Notes: generated by a model not told the origin, from the letters alone. 24,000 nucleotides of DNA from Clostridium lundense DSM 17049 (GCF_000619945.1 NZ_JHVC01000001.1:579951-603950); one strand, 5' to 3'; positions 8,197 through 15,362 are shown, counted from the stretch's first letter. Translations and numbers: made by a program.

Positions 8197-9565
8197 ATAA
8201 GTCAATAAGATCAAAGCTTTTTATATTTATAACCTTTTTATTAATATTTTTTAGCGCTCTTTTATGGATTGTAAATAGTGTATATTTTGAACAATATTAT
8301 ATAAACAAAAAGAAAAGTATACTTATTCAAAATGTAAAGAATCTAGCAAGCATGTATAAAGGTAATATATTATATATACAAGATGAATTAGATAGAACAG
8401 CCAATATAACAGGAAGTAATATTGATATAATTAATAAAAAAGGACAATTAATATATAATTCTTCGCGTAGAATGTTAGAGGAAAGAGATATTATAAATAA
8501 TGTTGAGCCAAAGGAAAGACCTAAGCCGCCCTTAAATGCACCACTTGATATTAATGTTGTTGATAAATATCCTCAGAGGGAATATATTTTTGAAACTCGA
8601 AAAGATATTAAATTAAAAATAGATTTTTTTGCTTTTGTGACAAAACTAAATAATGAAGATATACTCACTATAAGGGTTCCGCTAGTTTCAATAAGAGAAA
8701 GTGTAGATATAGCAAACAAGTTTGTTGTTATTACAGGAATTATAATTATAATTTTGGAAAGTGCAGGAGCTTATATGTTTTCTAGAAAATTTACTCAACC
8801 TATATTGGAGTTAAATAGTATTGCCCCAAATATGGCTAAATTTGATTTTTCCAAAAAGTGTAATATAAGTGGAAAAGATGAAATAGGTCAACTTGGTCAA
8901 AGTGTTAACTATCTATCTGATGAATTGTGTAAGGCAATTACAGAGTTAAATATAAAGAATCAACAGCTGGAAAAGGATATTGAGAAGGAAAGAAAAATAG
9001 ACGAAATGAGAAAAGAATTTATATCCAGTGTTTCACATGAACTAAGAACTCCATTGGCCTTAATACAAGGTTATTCAGAAGGTCTTATTAGTAATGTTGC
9101 TGAAAATGAAGAAGATAGAAAATTTTATTGTGGTGTTATTATGGACGAAACAAATAAAATGAATAAACTAGTAAAAGATTTATTGAATCTTTCCCAAATT
9201 GAATCGGGATATTTTCAAATTGAAAAAAGTGAATTTAATCTAATATCTTTAATAGAGGACGTACTCAATAAATACAAATCTATTTTTATGGAAAAAAACA
9301 TTAATATGCAATACGAAATAGAAGAAAGATGCATTGTGTACGGAGATAGAGAGAGGATTGAACAAGTACTTATAAACTATGTAAATAATGCCATAAATCA
9401 TGTGGATTAAAATAAGTAAAGTTTATAAAAAAGATAAGATAAGAGTAAATGTTTTTAATACAGGAAAGCATATACCAAAAGAATCTTTAGAAAAATTATG
9501 GGATAGAAAATGTTGAAGATGGAGTAAACTTTTGGTTCGAAATAGATAGGGTTAAGGATATTTAA
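8193..9565 (+). pseudogene. Sensor histidine kinase, disrupted in the HATPase domain
   Basis: Intact ORF 8193-9410 has two TM segments, a HAMP-like region, the H box SHELRTPL and the N box NYVNNAINH. After 9405 the homologous sequence continues in the +1 frame (IKISKVYKKDKIRVNVFNTGKHIPKESLEKLWDRK). It then jumps frame again near 9505-9511 to ENVEDGVNFWFEIDRVKDI*. The F and G2 boxes are missing. Confidence 0.8.
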
Positions 9566-9713
9566 GCTTTAACTATATAATAAAATTTAAATAATATTAG
9601 GGCTGATTTTTTGCACAAAGTTTTATAATAACCATACTATGTACTATACATTCGATTACTATACTACATATATAATCATATGTGAACATTTATGTAGAAA
9701 GGTGGTGTACAGT

Positions 9714-9962
9714 ATGGACATGAATGAATTATTTAGTGCTGTGTCAAGTAGTGGTATTCTTAATGATGAAGGAACAAAAGAATTTCTAGGAAATATGATG
9801 AAATCAGGTACCTTTGGAAGAAATGGAGGTCTAATATTTATAATAATAATAGCATTATTATTATTTGGATCTGGTGGATATAATAATTTTTGGGGAGCAA
9901 ATAACCAGTGTTGCTGTTGTTGTAGAAGACATAAACATCATCATCACAGAAGATGCTGTTAA
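9714..9962 (+). CDS. Small (82 aa) single-pass membrane protein with a poly-Cys/poly-His C-terminal tail
   Basis: ATG 9714 is preceded by GAAAGGTGG. One TM helix LIFIIIIALLLFG flanked by Gly-rich segments. C-terminus is NNQCCCCCRRHKHHHHRRCC. A strong terminator follows. The 25 upstream codons of the tracked ORF lack an RBS. Confidence 0.6.
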   Translation: MDMNELFSAVSSSGILNDEGTKEFLGNMMKSGTFGRNGGLIFIIIIALLLFGSGGYNNFWGANNQCCCCCRRHKHHHHRRCC

Positions 9963-9990
9963 ATAATTTTTATAATATATAAAAACAAAG

Positions 9991-10030
9991 CTTGTATCTT
10001 TTTTGTTTATTAAGATACAAGTTTTTTATT
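9991..10030 (+). terminator. Intrinsic terminator
   Basis: Stem CTTGTATCTT (9991-10000) / AAGATACAAG (10012-10021) followed by TTTTTTATT. Confidence 0.85.
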
Positions 10031-10139
10031 ATACATCTATTCCATAACTAATTGCACTGGCTTCCTATTGTTATGACGCTATTATGTAATAAAAAATCAT
10101 TAGCTTTGAAAATAAATATAATAAAATGATATTTGATAT

Positions 10140-10154
10140 TGAAAATCGTTATCA
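10140..10154. promoter_or_regulatory. Fur box-like site 1, overlapping a promoter-like TTGAAA-N17-TATTCT
   Basis: TGAAAATCGTTATCA versus the Firmicute 7-1-7 consensus TGATAATNATTATCA (2 mismatches). It lies between TTGAAA (10139-10144) and TATTCT (10162-10167), about 90 nt upstream of the FeoC-like gene. Confidence 0.55.
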
Positions 10155-10244
10155 ATTATGTTATTCTATATTTAGTTAGTTTTTCCATAACGGGTAATAC
10201 TAGTTATAGAATAAATATTTATAATAATATTAGGAGGAAATAAT

Positions 10245-10502
10245 ATGTTAATATCATTACTTTGTGAAATAGCTAAGGGAGAAGATTATTCAGATAGAAG
10301 TTTAGCAAAAAAATTAAATACCAGTGAAGAAGTAATTAAAAGTTTAAAACGAGAATTACAATTACGAAAATATTTAAAAATAGAGGATGAAAATGAATGT
10401 TGTTGTGAAAAATGTACAGGTTGTGCATCATGTTCATCTAATAAATTAAATAATATAAAGATATGGTCATTAACTGAAAAGGGTAAGAAGTTATTGACAT
10501 AA
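10245..10502 (+). CDS. FeoC-like small winged-helix protein with a Cys cluster
   Basis: 85 aa. The N-terminal wHTH-like segment (DRSLAKKLNTSEEVIKSLKRELQLRKYL) is followed by ECCCEKCTGCASC and then W.L.EKG. AGGAGG RBS. Sits immediately upstream of feoA-feoA-feoB. Confidence 0.55.
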   Translation: MLISLLCEIAKGEDYSDRSLAKKLNTSEEVIKSLKRELQLRKYLKIEDENECCCEKCTGCASCSSNKLNNIKIWSLTEKGKKLLT

Positions 10503-10535
10503 AAATAAAATTATGGTAATATTTTAATAGTTAAT

Positions 10536-10550
10536 TGATAATGATTATCG
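10536..10550. promoter_or_regulatory. Fur box-like site 2
   Basis: TGATAATGATTATCG has 1 mismatch to TGATAATNATTATCA. Located 43 nt upstream of the feoA start. Confidence 0.75.
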
Positions 10551-10592
10551 ATATCTTTGGTTGTTATATAATTTAATGGAGGTAAATGAATA

Positions 10593-10814
10593 ATGAAAAA
10601 ACTAGATGAAATTGTTGTTGGAACAAAAGTTAAGGTTGAAGAAATACGTAAAGAAAGTAGATTTAAAAGAAGACTTATGGACATGGGTATAATTCCAGGA
10701 GTTGATATAAGTATTATGGGAAAAGCTCCTTTAGGAGACCCTATAGAGATTTTGGTAAGAGGATATAAATTAACTTTAAGAAAAAATGAAGCAATGGATA
10801 TTATGGTAAAGTAA
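10593..10814 (+). CDS. feoA: Ferrous iron transport protein A
   Basis: 73 aa. FeoA/SH3-like pattern VGTKVKV..I....RRLMDMGIIPGVDI.I...APLGDPIEI.VRGYKLTLRKNEA. GGAGG RBS. Confidence 0.9.
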   Translation: MKKLDEIVVGTKVKVEEIRKESRFKRRLMDMGIIPGVDISIMGKAPLGDPIEILVRGYKLTLRKNEAMDIMVK

Positions 10815-10832
10815 ATGTTTAGGGGTGAAATT

Positions 10833-11057
10833 ATGAATACAATGCCTTTACTATTTATGTCAAGAGGGAAAAAGTGTAGGGTTAACAAAATTGATGGTGG
10901 AGATTTGATATGTAAAAAGCTTATGGAAATGGGGTTTAATACTGGGGCAACATTAGAAATTGTTAAAAATGATGTAGGACCTTTGATTATAGGCATAGGG
11001 GAAAGTAGAATTGCACTTGGAAGAGGGATGGCACAGAAAGTAATTATACAGGAGTAA
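10833..11057 (+). CDS. feoA: Ferrous iron transport protein A (second copy)
   Basis: 74 aa from ATG 10833, with AGGGGTG RBS 5 nt upstream. Pattern KKCRVNKIDGGDLICKKLMEMGFNTGATLEIV...GPLII.IGESRIALGRGMA. The tracked ATG at 10815 lacks an RBS. Confidence 0.85.
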   Translation: MNTMPLLFMSRGKKCRVNKIDGGDLICKKLMEMGFNTGATLEIVKNDVGPLIIGIGESRIALGRGMAQKVIIQE

Positions 11058-11075
11058 ATTTTTTTAAAATTATAT

Positions 11076-11090
11076 TGATAATGAATATCA
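11076..11090. promoter_or_regulatory. Fur box-like site 3 (between feoA2 and feoB)
   Basis: TGATAATGAATATCA has 1 mismatch to the 7-1-7 consensus. It is embedded in a 22-mer that is 20/22 identical to the one around site 2. Confidence 0.7.
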
Positions 11091-11115
11091 ATATCGACTA
11101 AGATGGAGGGATAAA

Positions 11116-13134
11116 ATGAGTACTATTGCGTTAGTTGGTAATCCAAATTGCGGTAAAACAAGTCTTTTTAATCAGTTAACAGGTTCAAGACAACATGTAG
11201 GAAATTGGCCAGGAGTTACTGTAGAAAAGAAGGAAGGAAAATTACAGTTTGAAGGTAAAGAATATACAGTAGTAGATTTACCAGGAACATATAGTTTAGG
11301 AGCTTATTCAGAGGATGAAGTTGTGGCAAGAGACTATATCATAAAGGATAAACCAGATGTAGTTATAAATGTGGTTGATTCTACAAATATAGAAAGAAAC
11401 TTATATTTGACTACTCAATTATTAGAAATGAGTAATAATGTAGTCGTAGCTTTAAATATGATGGATGAAGCTGAGGCGCAAAATATTAAAATTACTATTG
11501 ATGGATTGGCAAAAGAATTAGGTGTTCCAGTAGTGTATACAGTGGCTACAAAGAAAAAGGGCATAAAAGAACTTCTTCAATCTGCTACAGAAGTAATTAG
11601 AAATAAAAATGCAGGGAAGAAGCAAGTATCCTATGGGAAAGAACTAGAAAGTGAAATAGAAAATTTAAAGGCTTCTATAGAAGAGTGTGCATCTGATTTA
11701 GAATATCCAGCAAGATGGACAGCCATTAAACTATTAGAAAATGATGAGTATATCCTGGATATAGTAAAAAATAAAGAAAAATCATCAACAATACTAAAAA
11801 GATTAAGAGATAGTATAAATAATGTGGCAGATGCTACAGGATTTGAACCTGAAATTAGTATTGTGGATAAAAGATATGAATTTATAGGAGAAGTTGTATC
11901 AAAAAATGTAGAAAAGAGAACAAATTATGTGGAAACAACATCTGATAAAATTGATAAAGTAGTTACAAATAAGTGGCTTGGACTACCTATATTTGCACTT
12001 GTAATGTATTTGCTTTATCAGGCTACTTTTGTTATAGGACAATTTTTTGCTGATACAGCTGAAGAAGGAATGGGCATATTTGGCGAAAAAGTTGGAGAGC
12101 TACTAACTAATTCAGGTGCTTCAGAGATGTTAACAGGATTTATTTGTGATGGTATAATCGCTGGAGTTGGCGCAGTTGTTGTATTTTTACCTATAATAAT
12201 GGTTATGTATATTTTTATAGGTATATTAGAAGATAGTGGTTACATGGCAAGAGCAGCTTATGTAATGGATAGGTTTATGAGAGCTTTAGGACTTCATGGA
12301 AAAACTTTTGTTTCTATGATAGTAGGAAGTGGATGTAATGTTCCAGGTATAATGGCTACAAGAACTCTTGAAAGTAGAAAAGATAGAATGATAGCAATTC
12401 TTATTAATCCATTTATATCTTGTGGTGCAAGAATGCCAATTTATCTTGTATTCATTTCAGCATTCTTCCCTAGCAAAGGCGGAATTATACTTTTTTCTCT
12501 TTATGTAATTGGAATTATAGTTGCTTTGATATGTGGAAAAATATTTAGTAAGACATTGTTTAAAGGAGAAACTTCATATTTTGTAATGGAGCTTCCACCA
12601 TATAGAGTGCCTTCTTTTAAAGGTGTTATGATGCTTATGTGGGAAAAAGCAGGAGCATTTTTAAAGAGAGCAGGAACAATTATATTTGCAGTTGTATCTA
12701 TTTTGTGGGTATTATCTGTATTCCCATTGGGTGTAGAACAATATAGTGATCAATCAATACTAGGAAGAATAGGTTCAGTTATTGCACCAATATTTAAGCC
12801 AGCAGGTTTTGGAACATGGCAAGCAGCAGTTGGATTGGTTACTGGTATAGCAGCTAAAGAAGCTGTTGTTGCCACTATGGGTATGGTTTATGCTGGAGTT
12901 GAAGAAGGAGCAGCACTTACTGCGGCTATTCAAGGAGCATTCACACCACTTACAGCTATTGCGTTTATGGTAATGTCTTTATTATATACACCATGCGGTG
13001 CCGCACTTGGAGCTATAAAGAAAGAAACTAATTCAACTAAGTGGACTGTATTTGCAGCAGCATATACTTTTGCAATTGGTTATATAGCAGCAGTATTAAT
13101 ATTCCAGATTGGAAGGGCTTTAGGATACAATTAA
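11116..13134 (+). CDS. feoB: Ferrous iron transporter FeoB (G-domain plus membrane permease)
   Basis: 672 aa. G1 GNPNCGKTS, G3 DLPG, G4 NMMD, then a polytopic membrane domain with gate-like motifs. GGAGGG RBS. Confidence 0.97.
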   Translation: MSTIALVGNPNCGKTSLFNQLTGSRQHVGNWPGVTVEKKEGKLQFEGKEYTVVDLPGTYSLGAYSEDEVVARDYIIKDKPDVVINVVDSTNIERNLYLTTQLLEMSNNVVVALNMMDEAEAQNIKITIDGLAKELGVPVVYTVATKKKGIKELLQSATEVIRNKNAGKKQVSYGKELESEIENLKASIEECASDLEYPARWTAIKLLENDEYILDIVKNKEKSSTILKRLRDSINNVADATGFEPEISIVDKRYEFIGEVVSKNVEKRTNYVETTSDKIDKVVTNKWLGLPIFALVMYLLYQATFVIGQFFADTAEEGMGIFGEKVGELLTNSGASEMLTGFICDGIIAGVGAVVVFLPIIMVMYIFIGILEDSGYMARAAYVMDRFMRALGLHGKTFVSMIVGSGCNVPGIMATRTLESRKDRMIAILINPFISCGARMPIYLVFISAFFPSKGGIILFSLYVIGIIVALICGKIFSKTLFKGETSYFVMELPPYRVPSFKGVMMLMWEKAGAFLKRAGTIIFAVVSILWVLSVFPLGVEQYSDQSILGRIGSVIAPIFKPAGFGTWQAAVGLVTGIAAKEAVVATMGMVYAGVEEGAALTAAIQGAFTPLTAIAFMVMSLLYTPCGAALGAIKKETNSTKWTVFAAAYTFAIGYIAAVLIFQIGRALGYN

Positions 13135-13159
13135 ATTATATTTAATATTAACAGGAATC

Positions 13160-13198
13160 AAGATTATAGGTGTCAATTATATTGGCACCTATAATCTT
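13160..13198 (+). terminator. Hairpin after feoB (probable terminator)
   Basis: 13-bp stem AAGATTATAGGTG (13160-13172) / CACCTATAATCTT (13186-13198). The trailing T tract is only modest (CATTTACTT). Confidence 0.6.
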
Positions 13199-13332
13199 CA
13201 TTTACTTAAAGAAAAGATTAACTTTATTATTAAAGCCAGCTTGTAGTATAATGTATGTAACAGTAAAAATCGTATGCACTAATACTGTTTATTTTAACAG
13301 ATGTGCGTTGAATGATTGATAATACTGGCTTT

Positions 13333-13447
13333 ATAGAGATAAAAACACAGATTCGGTTGGTAGTCCGGACCTATCTATGTTAATAGATAGCAGTAACCTG
13401 CCCTCCTGGGGTTGTCCCTTCTCTATGCTTAAGTTAATAAACAGGAG
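13333..13447 (+). promoter_or_regulatory. Structured 5' leader, candidate yjdF-motif (azaaromatic) riboswitch
   Basis: Directly upstream of a YjdF-family gene. Closing helix ATAGAGA (13333-13339) / TCTCTAT (13420-13426). Internal hairpins CGG..CCG and the perfect CTATCTAT/ATAGATAG (13371-13390). CCTCCTG (13402-13408) is the exact complement of the SD CAGGAGG (13442-13448). Consensus not verifiable from memory. Confidence 0.55.
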
Positions 13448-13456
13448 GAAAATAAG

Positions 13457-13873
13457 ATGAGAACTAGTATTAAGTTAACCCTATTTTTTGATGGAGTTTT
13501 TTGGGTTGGTGTATTTGAAAGAACTTATAAAGGAAAGTATGAAGCCTCAAGATTTGTGTTTGGTTCTGAACCTAAGGATTATGAAGTGTATAATTTTATA
13601 TTAAAAAATTTCTATAATATAAAATTTACAATATCAATTCCTGATGAGGAAATTAAGGAGAAGAAAATAAATCCTAAAAGAATGCAAAGAGAAATAAGAA
13701 AGCAAATTGAAAATAGGGAAATAGGAACAAAGGCTCAGATTGCTATTAAGTTACAACATGAAGAGAATAAGACTAAAATTAAAAAAGCAAAACGAGAAAA
13801 AAAGGAAGAGGAGAAGGAGAGAAGATTTCTTTTAAAAATGGAGAAAAGAAAATTAAAGCATAAAGGACATTAA
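13457..13873 (+). CDS. yjdF: YjdF family protein (DUF2992)
   Basis: 138 aa. N-terminal LTLFFDGVFWVGVFER...FVFGSEPKDYEV, central KKINPKRMQREI...GTKAQIAIKL, and a Lys/Glu-rich tail ending KRKLKHKGH. This parallels B. subtilis YjdF as I recall it. Confidence 0.85.
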   Translation: MRTSIKLTLFFDGVFWVGVFERTYKGKYEASRFVFGSEPKDYEVYNFILKNFYNIKFTISIPDEEIKEKKINPKRMQREIRKQIENREIGTKAQIAIKLQHEENKTKIKKAKREKKEEEKERRFLLKMEKRKLKHKGH

Positions 13874-13934
13874 AAGCTATGGTTTAATTAATATTTTTTT
13901 TATGATAAAATGGATAATAAAATATTAAAAGAAA

Positions 13935-14003
13935 CTTTCGTATAACCTCAATAATATGGTTTGAGGGTCTCTACCAGGAGCCAATAATTCCTGATTACGA
14001 AGA
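13935..14003 (+). promoter_or_regulatory. Purine riboswitch aptamer, adenine-specific class
   Basis: P1 CTTTCGTA/TACGAAAG. J1-2 is TAA. P2 CCTCAA/TTGAGG with L2 AATATGG. J2-3 is GTCTCTAC. P3 CAGGAG/TTCCTG with L3 CCAATAA. The specificity position preceding the P1 3' strand is T (13995), meaning U74 rather than C74. Confidence 0.93.
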
Positions 14004-14058
14004 AAGCACACATATGTGATGTGGTGAATTTTCTTCGTAATCAGGAATTTTTTTATTT
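13986..14058 (+). terminator. Riboswitch expression platform: intrinsic terminator competing with P3/P1
   Basis: Perfect 20-bp stem AATTCCTGATTACGAAGAAA (13986-14005) / TTTCTTCGTAATCAGGAATT (14030-14049), then TTTTTTTATTTT. The 5' arm includes the 3' strands of P3 and P1, so ligand binding should prevent termination (ON switch). Confidence 0.9.
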
Positions 14059-14076
14059 TATCATTATCTGTTCTAA

Positions 14077-14104
14077 TACTCACACTTTCTTCAAAGTGTG
14101 AGTA
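14077..14104. repeat. Perfect 12-bp inverted repeat in the add leader (function unknown)
   Basis: TACTCACACTTT (14077-14088), CTTC, AAAGTGTGAGTA (14093-14104). No T tract on either side. Confidence 0.5.
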
Positions 14105-14197
14105 AAAATCGGCTAGGGTTCTTAATAATGATTTATAAGCTTTACCCGAAACTAAGAACTCTATTTATTTAAACATTTATAAGAAGGAGGATAAATT

Positions 14198-15190
14198 ATG
14201 AATTTTAAAATGTTGCCAAAACTTGAATTGCATTGTCACTTAGATGGAAGTGTTAGACCAAGAACAATTATAGATATAGCAAAAGAAGAGGAAATAAGTA
14301 TTCCTTGTTACAATATTGAATCTGTAGAAAATATGATGATTGCGCCCATGGAATGTAATTCTCTTGTTGAGTATTTGCAAAGATTTGAACTTCCTATAAT
14401 GGTTATGCAATCTAAAAAAAGCCTTAGAAGAATTGCCTATGAACTTTTAGAGGATGCAGCTAAAGAAAATGTAAAATATATAGAAATAAGATTTGGCCCA
14501 TTGCTTCATACAAAGAATGGATTAACTCTTGAAGAAGTAATACAAAGTGTACTAGATGGAATAAAAGACGCAGAAAATAACTTTAATATAAAGGGTAATT
14601 TAATTCTTTCTTGTTTAAGGAACATGCCAGTAGATACTGTATTTCAAATAATAGAAGCAGGTAAAAAGTTTCTTAATAAAGGGGTAGTAGCTATAGATTT
14701 ATGTGCTAATGAAGAAGCTGGATTTTGTGAAAAGTTTATAGAACCAATTAATCTAGCCAAAGAATGTGGATATAGGGTAACAATTCATGCTGGAGAAACT
14801 GGGATAGGAGAAAATGTGCTTCATGCAGTTAAAAAGCTTGGAGCGGAAAGGATAGGGCATGGAGTGTTTATAAAGGATTGTCCAGAAGCATATAGTATTG
14901 TAAAGAAAGAAAAAGTTATTCTTGAAATGTGCCCTACTAGTAATATCCAAACAAAGGCTGTAGATTCTTATAAAAACCATCCGCTTTATGATTTTTATAA
15001 GAACGGAATTAAAGTTACGGTAAATACAGATAACAGAACCGTATCTAATACAAATTTAACTAATGAATATGATAATCTTCTAAAGGAATTTAATATAACC
15101 TACGAAGATTATAAAGAATTTTATTACAATAGCATTGAAGCTTCTTTTGCTGATTTGAAAACAAAGATTGAATTAAGAAATATGATATAA
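14198..15190 (+). CDS. add: Adenosine deaminase
   Basis: 330 aa. Metal-binding HCHLDGS, TIHAGE, ERIGHG and NTDN(R) motifs of the adenosine/AMP deaminase family. AGGAGG RBS. Confidence 0.95.
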   Translation: MNFKMLPKLELHCHLDGSVRPRTIIDIAKEEEISIPCYNIESVENMMIAPMECNSLVEYLQRFELPIMVMQSKKSLRRIAYELLEDAAKENVKYIEIRFGPLLHTKNGLTLEEVIQSVLDGIKDAENNFNIKGNLILSCLRNMPVDTVFQIIEAGKKFLNKGVVAIDLCANEEAGFCEKFIEPINLAKECGYRVTIHAGETGIGENVLHAVKKLGAERIGHGVFIKDCPEAYSIVKKEKVILEMCPTSNIQTKAVDSYKNHPLYDFYKNGIKVTVNTDNRTVSNTNLTNEYDNLLKEFNITYEDYKEFYYNSIEASFADLKTKIELRNMI

Positions 15191-15245
15191 TTTATAAACT
15201 AAAAATTCTTCATTTATTTACTAAGTTAGAGATTAAATTATGTAT

Positions 15246-15280
15246 AAAAAAGTGGATTCTTAAGAATTCACTTTTTTATT
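15246..15280 (+). terminator. Intrinsic terminator after add
   Basis: Stem AAAAAGTGGATTC / GAATTCACTTTTT (one mismatch) followed by a T run (CTTTTTTATTT). Confidence 0.75.
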
Positions 15281-15362
15281 TGTTGTATGTAATAATTGGA
15301 GATATTTTATTAACTATGTTATGTAGATAAGATTTATTTAAATATATTATGGAAAAATATGG

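Noticed and set aside
9639-9713. N-terminal 25-codon extension (MYYTFDYYTTYIIICEHLCRKVVYS) of the Cys/His-tail protein ORF
   Set aside because: There is no RBS before ATG 9639, whereas ATG 9714 has GAAAGGTGG at ideal spacing. The extension is better read as leader or promoter sequence.
9714-9962. Idea that the Cys-rich small protein is a RiPP precursor (SCIFF/sactipeptide-like)
   Set aside because: No radical-SAM maturase, protease or exporter gene is nearby. The protein has a TM helix and no leader/core organisation that I can recognise.
10511-10996. 161-aa minus-strand ORF spanning both feoA genes and the Fur-box region
   Set aside because: It is notably long, but entirely antisense to two well-supported feoA genes. 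It has Ile/Leu/Ser/Pro-rich shadow-ORF composition, no RBS and no recognisable motif.
11075-11104. TTGATA-N18-TAAGAT as an internal promoter for feoB
   Set aside because: A start site ~7 nt after TAAGAT would fall at or beyond the GGAGGG Shine-Dalgarno (11105-11110), leaving feoB without an RBS. The hexamers are probably just part of the Fur-box-like repeat.
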